Shown one piece after another: positions 30,207 to 40,570 of a stretch of 40,570 nt of DNA (the first letter of the stretch is position 1; each line of letters begins with the position of its first letter). The stretch is from positions 1 to 40,570 of the forward strand of contig JALAGF010004248.1 of NCBI GenBank assembly GCA_030167865.1. The letters are read 5' to 3'. Source of the stretch: Craspedostauros australis (Eukaryota). Position numbers and translations under genes: made by a program. A model generated the notes under the pieces. The model was not told where the DNA came from, searched no databases, and saw only the letters and a list, made by a program, of their open reading frames with translations.

Positions 30207-32786
30207 ATGGCTGGAAGTTCCACGTTCAGAGGCAGCAGATCGGCTGTTTCCAACCGCAAACGTTCTCGACAGCACTGGAAGGAGGAGCCCGCCTTCTTGG
30301 ATGCCTGCGCGGCGCTGTCCTCGTCCACGTTCGGCGCGCGCCGTCTGCCCGAGCTCAAGAACCTCGTCAATGCGGTGTACGCCACGCAATTCTCCAACGA
30401 TGATGGGGCAGATCCGACGCTGCCGTTTCGCAGTTCGGGAGGCCAGACGTCATCGCGGCATTTGAGACGGCGCGTCACGAGCCATCAGGGACGCAAGCGA
30501 CATCGGTATCCGCGCGGTGATTGTCCGTCGCAGCGCGATGAAGCACGCGGCAAGGATGGTGCCATGGTGGATGATGATTATGCCAAGGATGGCGCAATGC
30601 AACACGAGCAAACGAAGATTCCTCGCAAAACGCTGCGCAAGAACAAGCAATTGCTATCGCAGAGTCACTTCACGTGGCAGAATCCAAGACTCGCACAAAG
30701 GGAAGAGCCTTCACGCAACGCAACATCCGAGAAAAAGGCGCAGCAACAGAAGGTGCATTGGATGGCGACGCACTTGTGGTACGCCAAACGATTCCAAATG
30801 CATCCAGTGTTCGGATGGAAGGTGCCGATGGTGCACACGAATCGAGGAGCGCGTGCGGCGCTGCGGCTGTCGGTTGAACATCAGTGCTGGGTGATGGATT
30901 CCACTTGGAGGCATGTTCCGCTGCGCACCATTCGTGCATCTACGTTGTCACAACTATTGCAGTCCTTCGCCAGGTTGTGCCCAGCATGTGTAGATCCGCA
31001 ATACAAGAGCGTATGGATTGGACGTCGCATGGCCACGACGTTGGTGTATTCGCTGGATTCATTCCCGGGCAGTGCGATCGGTCCAGTTCATTGGATGGTC
31101 ACGTGCGAGACGCAGCCAAAGCAGTGGGTATTATCCATGTGGACACATCCCTGCATCCAGGAACAAGTTGAATTGGAAATTGACAAGCTTGTGGATGAAT
31201 GCGATTTGGTCCTTGGCGCAGCCCCCATGGCATCTGCAGTTCTCCAGCTGCGAGGACAAAAATGCACAGATGCCATTCAATCTGTGCTATCGCCAACAGC
31301 ATCCAACAGCAACGCCTCACAATCAAACGAACGCAACAAGGCCGGCAGAACATGGGATTGGGGGCATCTCCCAACTGATTGGAGCAGAGAAGGGAACGAG
31401 CAATCACAAGACTGCGTTGCTCTCGTTCCGGATGGTGCCGTGTTTCCCGCATCGATTGTACTCGCCAATGAAGGCAGCTCAAGAAATGCAGCGTCTGTAA
31501 GCAATGCTACGGCATCATCACCATCATCACCATCATCATCATCATTGTCAACGACTGTGGCGAGCAGCGCCACTAACTGTCAAAGACACATTCAAGGGAT
31601 GGTATCGGACCTGCAAGATTGGGATCCGACAGACGAGAAATTCATGAAGGACGAAAGTATCGGCGCTCTTCCTGGCGTTTCAGATCATACCAACGAGAAC
31701 AACCATCACTCTGTTGGTATGTTCAACTTCTGGCTCGTCCGACGCCGACCATGCGATCCATCTCTATCAGAACGAAACGCTGCCATGTGCGGATGGGACA
31801 TCCACTGCGCCACGTCCATCGCATCGCGTCTGCTGGTCCAGTTCGTCGTGCGACCATCTCCCATTTGCATTCCATTGGGCGTTGTGGAAGAAACCCACTT
31901 GCAGCTGGAATGCACGCCGCCCATCCCCGTATTTCCGCGCGATTATGTGGACACGCAAGCGGGACGCAAGTATTGGAATGCAGCAAAGGAAGGCAGCAAC
32001 GACAGTTTCCATGTCCTGCGCAGCTTGCTGGAAGGCGGATGGGGACGTTTGCCGAATCCGGACAGATCTTTGCGGGCGTTGCAGCAGGTGGATTGGCATT
32101 CTCTCACGATCGCGTCGAAAGATACTCGTCCGATAATGGATGAAAAGGAGGTTGAAGACAAAGCCGGTCAAGATGAAGCACCAGTCCCATTGGCGCAACC
32201 CACAGTGATGGTGCGAGGTGCCTTCGGCGAGCCATTCGCAAATCTATTTCGCGGATGCGGCAGCATCGCCGAACGGCAAGTACCCGCCTCCCGCAAACAA
32301 CAACGCTGCCGTCGTCGACGTTCCACCAGCAAGTTTCAGCAAGCCATGCCGATCTCCAAAGCGCAGGCCGACTCCGTCAACTCGATCTGCCAATCCATGC
32401 AATCCTCCTTATCGCTGCCGGCCGTATTAATGTCTCACATCTGCGTCATCGGCAAGTACACCTTTCAACCCGGCGATGCCCTGTATCCATACCGCACCAG
32501 TGACAACAACACCATCGATGATGACGATGACGACACGGCATCGCTTCACAACGCGCCCATGGGCTTTGCCACCTGCGGTTCCTTCTCCCCATGCCGGGGA
32601 TTGTACCACGGACTGGCGGTGGTAAGTGCTGCGCGGTTGCTGGCCTTCCTTTCCGAGCTGGTCCAGGCACCGCCCAACCATCCCCTGCGTCGGGCCGTGG
32701 TCGTCTCGACAGGCAGCATCCAGATCGTTTGCACCATGGGCCATCACAAGAATGCGGCGCACGTCGCGTTGTCGTTGTTGATTTGA
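30207..32786 (+). CDS. POP1: RNase P/MRP protein subunit POP1, ~859 aa
   Basis: POP1 R-box RHLRRRVTSH and W-box WMATHLWYAKRFQMHPVFGWKVP. POPLD-like GWDI...FPRDYVDTQAG. C-terminal GFATCGSFSPCRGLYHGLAVV. aaccATGG start. Confidence 0.9.
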   Translation: MAGSSTFRGSRSAVSNRKRSRQHWKEEPAFLDACAALSSSTFGARRLPELKNLVNAVYATQFSNDDGADPTLPFRSSGGQTSSRHLRRRVTSHQGRKRHRYPRGDCPSQRDEARGKDGAMVDDDYAKDGAMQHEQTKIPRKTLRKNKQLLSQSHFTWQNPRLAQREEPSRNATSEKKAQQQKVHWMATHLWYAKRFQMHPVFGWKVPMVHTNRGARAALRLSVEHQCWVMDSTWRHVPLRTIRASTLSQLLQSFARLCPACVDPQYKSVWIGRRMATTLVYSLDSFPGSAIGPVHWMVTCETQPKQWVLSMWTHPCIQEQVELEIDKLVDECDLVLGAAPMASAVLQLRGQKCTDAIQSVLSPTASNSNASQSNERNKAGRTWDWGHLPTDWSREGNEQSQDCVALVPDGAVFPASIVLANEGSSRNAASVSNATASSPSSPSSSSLSTTVASSATNCQRHIQGMVSDLQDWDPTDEKFMKDESIGALPGVSDHTNENNHHSVGMFNFWLVRRRPCDPSLSERNAAMCGWDIHCATSIASRLLVQFVVRPSPICIPLGVVEETHLQLECTPPIPVFPRDYVDTQAGRKYWNAAKEGSNDSFHVLRSLLEGGWGRLPNPDRSLRALQQVDWHSLTIASKDTRPIMDEKEVEDKAGQDEAPVPLAQPTVMVRGAFGEPFANLFRGCGSIAERQVPASRKQQRCRRRRSTSKFQQAMPISKAQADSVNSICQSMQSSLSLPAVLMSHICVIGKYTFQPGDALYPYRTSDNNTIDDDDDDTASLHNAPMGFATCGSFSPCRGLYHGLAVVSAARLLAFLSELVQAPPNHPLRRAVVVSTGSIQIVCTMGHHKNAAHVALSLLI

Positions 32787-33241
32787 TGTCACGTAACGAT
32801 GGACATGAGGAAGTTGACCTCTTTTCTCGATCTCTTGGTTTGATCGTTTTAGACTTCTACGACGACTCGCCGGATCCAGGATTTCTGGTTCGTTTTGAAT
32901 GAATAGGCTAATTACAATGGCCTTTTCAGAATGGTTTTGGAGCCTTGTTGCGTCATTCACGACTTGATGATGTGTTTTGTGCATGTGAGTCACGAGCCCG
33001 ATTGAGTTCTGTGTGGCCATCCACGTTAGCACGTTTGTGTGTGAGCTGGTTGGGGAAATCTGTTCTTCGTCGATCGTGATGTTCCCTTTTGCACACAATA
33101 CCTGGAGGGGAAGCAAGAGAGGAAGGAGGAGAGTCCGAGCATGTACCACTGTCTTGCAATTACTTTGCCGTTCACGTTTGGATTGCATCGCAAGGAGTGA
33201 AGGGTGTCGTTGCATCAGTCGCAGCAGAGGTCGAACAGCAA

Positions 33242-33282
33242 GCAGAGGAAGCAAAGGAGGCAAAGGAGGCAAAGGAAGCAAA
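33242..33282 (+). repeat. 9-bp tandem repeat (GCAAAGGAR x4.5) abutting the ATG at 33283
   Basis: gcagaggaa gcaaaggag gcaaaggag gcaaaggaa gcaaa. Confidence 0.85.
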
Positions 33283-34569
33283 ATGAGCCAGCTGAGCATC
33301 GACCGACGACGGACGCAGCCGCACAGCTCTTCCGCATCGATAGAGCTCGCTACGCATCCATTGGATCGCGAGAACGGCGTCATGGCGCCCAGCACCATGC
33401 AGGAGGCCCCGCCGTGGGTCAAGCTGGTGTCCGGTTCCGTGGGATCCATCGTGACTGCGCTGACGGTGACGCCGCTGGAGGTCGTCAAGGTCCGTCAGCA
33501 GGCCGCTGCCACGGCTGCCTACAAGCAGAGGGCGTCCGCAGCCAACGTGTCTCTGTGCCCGAAAGGATGCGGAACATTCGTGCTCAACACCGGCCTTACG
33601 GATTGCCTGCTGCCGAAGAGCGCCGTGCCCTACTTTGATTCGTACATGGCCATACCGGAGACCGTTGCCTCGGGTGCCGTCAAGACTGCGACGAGCTCTC
33701 CCGCGGCGATCCAAAGCGCCAACCCGTCCGCCAACTTGGGGACGATCGCCATGATGCGACGCATATTCGCCAAGGAGGGCTTCCGCGGCATCTACTCCGG
33801 ACTCGGCGCCGGTCTCATCATGGGCGTGCCCAACACGGTTCTGTACTTCGTCACGTACGAGGAGCTCATGGCGCGATGGCGCAACGATCAGAATCAGAAT
33901 TGGATCCCGGCCCTCTGCGGAGCCAGCGCCCGCGTCGTGGCTTCGGCCGCAACTGCGCCCTTTGAACTCGTGCGTACAAGGCAGGCGGCGGCCGCCACGC
34001 CGTATCGCAAGCCGACCACGAAGATGTCGTGCGGCTTTTCCAACACGGACATCGCCAACGAGTTTCGGGAGATCGTGCGGCGGGAAGGAACGCGGGGTCT
34101 GTACAAGGGGCTCTCGCCGACGTTGATGCGCGATGTGCCATTCTCAGCCATCTACTGGACCGTATTGGAGCAGTTCCGGGCCATGTGGAGACAGCAGGCG
34201 GACGAGACGTCACATGGATTCACGCCGTTGCAGCAGTTCGGACAGGCGCTGTTCAATGGCTCCGTCTCCGGCATGGTCGCCGCGGCCTGCACCACGCCCC
34301 TGGACGTCGTCAAGACGCGGCGCCAGACCGCGCTGGTGGAACAGTACGCCACCACCGCCACTGGAGTATCGTGCGATCATCAGGGCGCCACCGCCGTTGC
34401 GAGATCGGCTGGCACATTTGACTCGCTGCGTTCCATCCTGCTGGACGAAGGCTTCGCTGGTTTGTGGCGTGGCAACGTCACGCGCATGATCAAGGTCGCT
34501 CCAGCATGCGCCATCATGCTGTCGTCCTACGAGATGGGAAAGCGGTTGCTGTCGCCGGAGGATTATTGA
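33283..34569 (+). CDS. mitochondrial carrier, SLC25A39/40-Mtm1 clade, ~428 aa
   Basis: Signatures TPLEVVKVRQQ, APFELVRTRQ and TPLDVVKTRRQ. Clade motifs MGVPNTVLYFVTYE, LMRDVPFSAIYW and KVAPACAIMLSSYEMGK. Start could also be 33382 or 33397. Confidence 0.92.
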   Translation: MSQLSIDRRRTQPHSSSASIELATHPLDRENGVMAPSTMQEAPPWVKLVSGSVGSIVTALTVTPLEVVKVRQQAAATAAYKQRASAANVSLCPKGCGTFVLNTGLTDCLLPKSAVPYFDSYMAIPETVASGAVKTATSSPAAIQSANPSANLGTIAMMRRIFAKEGFRGIYSGLGAGLIMGVPNTVLYFVTYEELMARWRNDQNQNWIPALCGASARVVASAATAPFELVRTRQAAAATPYRKPTTKMSCGFSNTDIANEFREIVRREGTRGLYKGLSPTLMRDVPFSAIYWTVLEQFRAMWRQQADETSHGFTPLQQFGQALFNGSVSGMVAAACTTPLDVVKTRRQTALVEQYATTATGVSCDHQGATAVARSAGTFDSLRSILLDEGFAGLWRGNVTRMIKVAPACAIMLSSYEMGKRLLSPEDY

Positions 34570-34997
34570 ATGTAGCAACCGATAGGATCTTCGCTCTTTT
34601 GTACTGGAGAGATTACTTCTTTGAACAAGCAACTTATGTCTCCACAACCATGGCGCTTTCTTTTGATGGGGTTGTGCGATCTGCGACTAGAGCGCAATTC
34701 AAGGTCGTTTCGTATTCCTTGCGATGAGTGGAATGGGATGAAATGGAGGTTTGTAGTCAAGGGTGGAATGTGATCTGTTATGACATAAAATAGCTCTCAT
34801 CGACCCGTATCTCCATACGTACGGCTGCTCGTCTGCCCGCGAATGCAGTGGAGGAGGAGTACCTGCAACCGTGCTCACGTCGTACGATCCGATACTCGAC
34901 TTTGTCCATCTCTGCCCTTCTCTGCTCCACTCCAATCCATCACTATACCCCACAACATTCCACTCCACAGCATGACATAGCCTAGCATAACATAACA

Positions 34998-36233
34998 TTA
35001 GATGCTCTCATTAACGGCCGATTCCAACGACTCTTCGATGGTGGGATGCAAGAACTCGAATCCGCTTGTCAGGAGCTTGGTAGGCGTTGCCTTGACGCCA
35101 CCCAGCAACACCTCCTTCCCCATCTCGCCAAACATGAGCTCGGCGGCGAAGGCCGGGAATGGCACCAAGGTCGGTCGGTTCAGCACGGATCCCAACGCCT
35201 TTGTGAATTGTGCGTTGGTCGGCACTTCGGGTGCGCACATGTTGACGGGTCCCTTCAGGCTGGGCGTCTGGATGGTGTGCACGATGGCGCGAGACATATC
35301 TCGTGCCGAGATGGCGGGGAAGCACTGTTCGCCATCCCCGACGTTGCCGCCGCCACCGACGAGGAACAGCGGGTAAAGCTTGGACAAGGCGCCGCCCTTC
35401 TTGCTCATGACGACACCCGTGCGCAGGTTGACGATGCGCGAGCCGCTGGATTTGGCGGCTTTCGCGGCGTCCTCCCATTGGCAACTGACCTCGGCCAGGA
35501 AGCCTGACGTGTCGGTCACGTCGGTGGACTCCGTGGCGGCCTCGGCGTCTGTGCCGAAGAAGTCGCTGCCGTAGATGCCGATGCCCGACGACGTGAGGAA
35601 GCTCAATTTGGATTTGGAATCGGTCAGGGCCTGCGCCAAGGCCGTCGTCGTGACGACGCGCGAGTCCAGGATCTCCTGCTTCTTGGCCGGGCTCCAGGCC
35701 TGCACGCCCAGGGCGGCCAATGGTCCGGCTCCCAATCCCGTGCTGATGTTCTCACCACACAGATGCACGAGCGCGTCCATGTCCTTCAGAGCGGCGGCGT
35801 CAATGACTTCGGCCGAGGATGCGCCCTTGGGATTCCATGCCAACATGATGCAGTCGTCCTCGCTTGCGGCATCGTAGACGCCGGCCTCGGGTGCACGCGA
35901 CAGGCGGATCACCTTGATGGGCTTGCCGTTGATGGTGGCGCATTGCTTCAGCTCGTCTTGCAGGGCCGTTCCGATCAGACCGGTGGAACCCGTGATGCCG
36001 ATCGTGTAGAACTGGCTGCCGCCGGATGATGGCTGCGACATGCCGCCAAACAGATTCTCGAGGAAGTTGGCGGAGAGTTGGGTGGAGGTGGTGAATCTTG
36101 CGTTGTTTCCCTTCTTCACGTTGCTGCTGAAGCTGTCCACGCTACTGACGCTGTGGCCGACGACTGCGAATCCGGAGGCAGAGCTGCAGAAGCAACCGAC
36201 CAGAACTGCGATTGCGGATGTTGTCACTTTCAT
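34998..36233 (-). CDS. plastid-targeted epimerase-family SDR39U1/TIGR01777 (YfcH; GC1/SulA-like) protein, 411 aa
   Basis: Signal peptide ending ASG-FAV. Rossmann GSTGLIG, ILDSRVVTT, GFLAEVSCQWE, LRTGVVM, GPVNMCAP, TNAQFTKALG and C-terminal RPTLVPFPAF...FGEMGKEVLLGG...PTKLLTSGFEFLHP. Confidence 0.93.
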   Translation of the reverse strand: MKVTTSAIAVLVGCFCSSASGFAVVGHSVSSVDSFSSNVKKGNNARFTTSTQLSANFLENLFGGMSQPSSGGSQFYTIGITGSTGLIGTALQDELKQCATINGKPIKVIRLSRAPEAGVYDAASEDDCIMLAWNPKGASSAEVIDAAALKDMDALVHLCGENISTGLGAGPLAALGVQAWSPAKKQEILDSRVVTTTALAQALTDSKSKLSFLTSSGIGIYGSDFFGTDAEAATESTDVTDTSGFLAEVSCQWEDAAKAAKSSGSRIVNLRTGVVMSKKGGALSKLYPLFLVGGGGNVGDGEQCFPAISARDMSRAIVHTIQTPSLKGPVNMCAPEVPTNAQFTKALGSVLNRPTLVPFPAFAAELMFGEMGKEVLLGGVKATPTKLLTSGFEFLHPTIEESLESAVNESI

Positions 36234-37901
36234 TGTTGATTGATGCGTATGTAGTAGTATGGTACTGTGCGTGTGGTATGCAAGGCGCGTACAGTTGGAC
36301 TGTAGTTGTGCTTGTGCAGAAAGATGAGATCGTCCCGAGAGTTCTGAAATGCGGAATTGCAGAATAGAACTTCAGAGTGCTCTTGTATGTACGCACGAGT
36401 ATGAATCAATTGGGATCCTTTTGGAAGTTGCACCAGTTGTAGTCGTAGAAGATGGTGGATCTTCGGAATGGATTCTGAGTTGGCGGTGGTTTGGATCGGA
36501 GGACGATGATGGCGATGGCGATGACAACGAGGAAGTCGATGACGAGAATTGCAGAGCTGGTGATGTGTGTGACTGAGAAAAGTACGTCAGAATCGGAAGA
36601 GTGAAATCATGCGCAACCGGACAGGCAGACAGACAGATTGGTTCTATCACGAAGAAGACTATCCAGTTGATACTCCTTGGCACGTAATACATTGTAGTTC
36701 ATGGCGTTTCCTGTCCAGTCTCCTTCGGATCTCAAGACTTCCAATATGACGATGAATGTTTGTATCTTCTGTATTCTACAATAGTTAAGCTTGAACACCC
36801 TTGTCCCCCCGTGTCGTCATCGTTCCATTGTTCAATGACGGAAGTTGAGATGCATCCTTGTTCATCTGAAAGATCATCACACCCACATGGATGCTATGGA
36901 GCCAACATATGCACTTCGAATGGCTCTCGTCAAGCAAAGATGAAGCAGCGAACGAACGAATCAATGTTGGAATCAGCTTGCAAGGAACCACTCCAGCAAT
37001 ACGCTGGACGATATTGCCGCACACTCAGACAACACCAAGCCAGGAACGAAACGAAACAGGAACAAAAAAGAATGAGCGATGCAAAAAGAGTGTTTGCTCA
37101 TCGTTCCTGCTCAGTTTCAGACGCGACCGCCACAGCCAAAAGCAACAAAAAGGATGAGTGTCGAGGGGTGGCAAGGAGTGATGCGACTGTCTCTCCTGTC
37201 GAGAATGTCATGCATCCGTGTTCGTCGTGGTAATTCCGCGTCCTGTACGGTTGTGTGGGGTTACTCCAAGCCGTGGCTCATCTGTTGTTGTGTGTGCGCA
37301 ACATCCATATCCCAGGTGATCCCGCCGTGAAGATGAACCGCTGCGTCAATGATGTTGCTGCTGACCTTTTGGAAACATGAGTTGCTCATAAACCGGAAAG
37401 TCTGCAGTGCAATGCAACGCCACAGATCGCACATGATGCGTGTCACAAAAGCACGACAGAGTTTTGCCTCCGTGTTGTTTTTTGTGAGGCAAAAAGTTGT
37501 AATACACGTTTGGGAGAAGTCAAGTCCACGATTGAATGCCATCCGGCGACGAAGAATTTCAAACATGATTAAACATGACTGGATGGAAAAGCTACGAAAG
37601 AAAACGAGAGAGGCATTTGGCGAACGTGTAGTAACACGACAGACAAAGCCAACGATGGAGTGCAGAGAGCAGCTCTCCTTGGCCATGATCATTGTCTACT
37701 TATTATCTCTTCTACAATAGCATTCTCATGAAGAGACCGTGACAAAGAACAATGCTGAGAAAGAGAGCGCCCTGCTCCTCCATTTGAACGATTGGAGGGG
37801 ATAGTCCCGTGACTCTTCCACTGTTGATGACGTACGTAGGACCAGTACAAAAAACTTTACGTAGAACATGTAGAAACCCTACCAGACCAAAATCTTCGAC
37901 C

Positions 37902-38019
37902 ATGGTGCGCACCGACGCACAAAACAACGCTGGCAAAGCCAACCGAACTCCCCGAAAGCCATCGACAATGGCACAGGGACGGACAGGAAGAGGAGGTCGT
38001 CATGCCCGTGGCAAGGGCA
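37902..38019 (+). pseudogene. interrupted ORF start with Gly/Arg-rich segment, possibly a retroelement gag N-terminus
   Basis: MVRTDAQNNAGKANRTPRKPSTMAQGRTGRGGRHARGKG is cut exactly at the LTR boundary at 38020. The gag identity is only a guess. Confidence 0.3.
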
Positions 38020-38689
38020 TGTTGGAAATCCGGGGTTAAAGTTAGTAGGAACCTAATCTGTTATTAGATCGTACCATTTTAGAACTGTGAGCTCAATCTC
38101 TTCATCTCTTTCGACCTTCATTTCACATCTAGCATCTTCTGTAGCAGCATCACGTCATACTGTTACATTCATGTTGTCTTCGTCATGCATCCTCGCTTGT
38201 ATTCATCGATCCTTTCATCAGGCATCTTTATCATTCATATCATCATCTACATTCATGCGGTACGATTCCGCAGTCATGCACTTGACTTGTCACAGGTTTC
38301 GCCCTTGATCTCGTGACACCTGTTTTACGATTGGTGTCAGCTTGATGCCCTTTTCTGAATTGTTCTGAATTGTTCTAGTCCGCGGGAGGCATGTGTCTTA
38401 TTCTCCAGATGAGGTGATCACGAACCTGCTGGTCATCGATCTTCCCCTATGCCGTCGTTGTCTGATTTGTCACGATGTCATGTTTGATGTTGGAACATCC
38501 TGCTTCTTGATGTCGTGGCTTTTCTTGATTCAGAGAGGACAGGCTGTTTTTCCTTGGTAAGACTGAGATCAGTCACACGTGATTTGGTTCACGGGTGAAA
38601 TGAATAATATCCAAAGGTGTGACGAATAATGTTTGGGAGGTGCGGCAATCATGGGTATCTCAACAAAGTCGTACCCTCGATTCCTAACA
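38020..38689 (-). mobile_element. 3' LTR (670 bp) of a Ty1/copia (CoDi-like) element
   Basis: On the minus strand a purine tract GGAAGGG (38696-38690) directly precedes TGTTAGGAATC. The other end reads GATTTCCAACA, a 9/11 terminal inverted repeat with TG...CA ends. It lies just downstream of the RNase H remnant. Confidence 0.7.
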
Positions 38690-38811
38690 CCCTTCCATTG
38701 TCGCATCGACAACATTTCATCCTGTCTTCATCCTCCCTTTTCTTTTCTCTCATCACTCTCATCATTCTCATCAATCCATCAATTCATCATCAGTCCAAAA
38801 TCTGTCCACCG

Positions 38812-39036
38812 TTAATCCATTGCGGAGCGCAGTTGGATGAAGTGGTGCTTGTGATTGTCGTAGATCTCCTTTTGGTATTTTTCGTGAAGCCGTCTGCGAT
38901 GCTATCTTCAGAACGCACAAATTTGGTTCTAGCTTCTCCGTTCGTAATCAGTTCTGGGATGAAGTGATGTCGGATGTCGATGTGTCGTGTCCTCGCAGAT
39001 GTTGATGGGTTGGAGGCGATGAAGATCGCTCCCACG
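38812..39036 (-). pseudogene. Ty1/copia pol RNase H C-terminal remnant, frameshifted
   Basis: VGAIFIASNPSTSARTRHIDIRHHFIPELITNGEARTKFVRSEDSIADGFTKN matches the copia RNase H motifs RTKHIDIR.HF and ADxFTK. Adding one A near 38870 restores a plausible tail KEIYDNHKHHFIQLRSAMD*. Confidence 0.9.
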
Positions 39037-39486
39037 TGTTGGCAAGTTCCGTGATTGGAAGCCTACGATCGTGGAAGATGGTATTGGTTGATAGTCGTTC
39101 GTTTGCTATTTCATTACGTTGGCACTCCGATCCTCTTGGTGTCCTTTCGTTCTCTTGCCCGATGCTCTTGGCGCTTCAATCTGTTTCATAGATTTGGTCT
39201 CCGACTATGAGTCGGTACGCAAGATGCTCTCTTGCTCCTCTCTGTATTCTCTCTCTCTCTGTCTCAGTATTGTGTGCTTCGTGCTACACGATACTCCATG
39301 TTCAATGCGTACTCCACATTCGACACTCCATTCATTCAGTACTGGCTTCTACTCCATGAGTACTTACCATTTGAAGTTCACCTTCTGTATCCATGATGCT
39401 GATCCTCTTCAGTCATTGGATCTTCCCCTCCTGCTCTGACTTGGAGACAGATGTTGACGTGGTGACACAATGACATCCTGTCAACA
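39037..39486. mobile_element. second putative LTR (450 bp) inserted into the RNase H remnant
   Basis: Begins TGTTGGCAAG exactly where RNase H homology stops and ends CCTGTCAACA (8/10 inverted match). No target-site duplication seen. Confidence 0.5.
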
Positions 39487-39610
39487 TCAGTAGGCGTCCT
39501 TCTGCTCTCCAGATGTCACATTCCATTGGTGATGCAGTCGTCTGTCAGATGATATCGTCATCTGAGGTTTAGTTGGGAAGTACCTCGAGATTCTCTTGGT
39601 ACCATTGATG

Positions 39611-39651
39611 NNNNNNNNNNNNNNNNNNNNNNNNNNNNNNNNNNNNNNNNN
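39611..39651. other. assembly gap (41 N)
   Basis: Run of N. Confidence 1.
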
Positions 39652-40570
39652 TTGCAAATTTCCTCCAGAAATTCTGCTCATTTTCGTGTGTTCCATTTCC
39701 ACTGTAATTCTGACGAATCACAGTATACTATCGACACGAGTATAGTTGTACCGTCCAAGTGCGTATGAGAGAATAACGTGTGAACGATGCACATATACTC
39801 GTACATCTTGACATATACTCACATATACATCTTGACAGATGCTGATAATGACGACAGGGAGTACCATGGACTAGTTGGAGGAATGTGCGTGCCCTCCTCC
39901 GCGCATCTTGGAAAGCATGCACTGGACGTTCACAGGCATGGCGGCGAGGATGATGAGGATGACGACGATGAATTAGAATTGCACACGAGCAGTTCGCGCC
40001 GCAGATACCATTGTATGTGTGCACGAAGGATGCGATTGGATGTTCAGGCTGAACATGGGCAGAGAAGACGTCGCAACCGGCTTGTTGTTGTTTTGTTTGT
40101 TTTCGCGCCATCTGCCCGCGATTTTGCGGCAGCCGCACCAACAGACGCAACGAAGGACGCGCGGAGAAACACGATCCTTTCGACCACGAAAATTGGGTCG
40201 AACCGTTCACATCGACGCTAATCTAAAAAAGAAACAAGGCAAACTCAAGAACGATGAACATGCAAATAGACCAGAAGTGTGCGACTATGATTGGGTAACA
40301 AATTGTCAATTCACTTTACTTCCGCGTGGAGTTCTCATTTGGCGGGACTGTTGGAGTTAGTTAGGATTCGGGCGTAGTCGGCGCGAATCGGTGGAGAATG
40401 CCTCGTGAATCTGCCAGCTTCGGGATAGCCGTGTGATGCAGTTCAAGAGAGGTGTACTGGTTGAAGAGTTATAACTGTAACGATGGGTAGTAGAGTGCTT
40501 TGTAGCTAATCCTTGTCTGTTATTATGAGTTAGCTTGTTGGTGTTAGTAGGGTGAAGAAACGATGCCACA

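Noticed and set aside
36760-37720. ORFs of 120-160 aa left of the LTR
   Set aside because: No recognisable gag/pol or cellular motifs. Possibly decayed repeat sequence, but I could not define boundaries.
40341-40570. GGCGGGAC-TGTTGGAG as a PPT plus start of a third LTR
   Set aside because: Weak purine tract, no upstream pol remnant recognised, and the other end would lie outside the window.

Overview
Eukaryotic nuclear DNA, almost certainly from a diatom or related ochrophyte. This rests on GT-AG introns, bipartite signal peptide + 'ASA-F' plastid presequences, and copia (CoDi-like) retroelement debris. The window is gene-dense from 1 to ~36.2 kb, then becomes a nest of LTR-retrotransposon relics with an assembly gap. 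Recognisable genes: tRNA-His(GTG), NudC, two mitochondrial carriers (SLC25A42/Leu5-like and SLC25A39/Mtm1-like), a plastid YbaB/EbfC-like protein, a membrane J-domain protein, an organellar LysRS carrying a WHEP-like domain, a MATH-BTB protein, POP1 and a plastid SDR39U1/GC1 epimerase. Two uncharacterised gene families stand out. (1) A cluster of four spliced paralogues at 16.6-21.6 kb, fragmented in the ORF track and reconstructed here by hand. They encode 140-158 aa signal-peptide helical proteins with an invariant HxxG motif, and three end in KDEL-like xxEL tails. (2) Three intronless paralogues whose motif order matches GH130/GT91-like five-bladed beta-propeller glycoenzymes; the two complete copies look like type II membrane proteins. 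All gene models and family assignments come from reading the sequence by eye; no searches were run.
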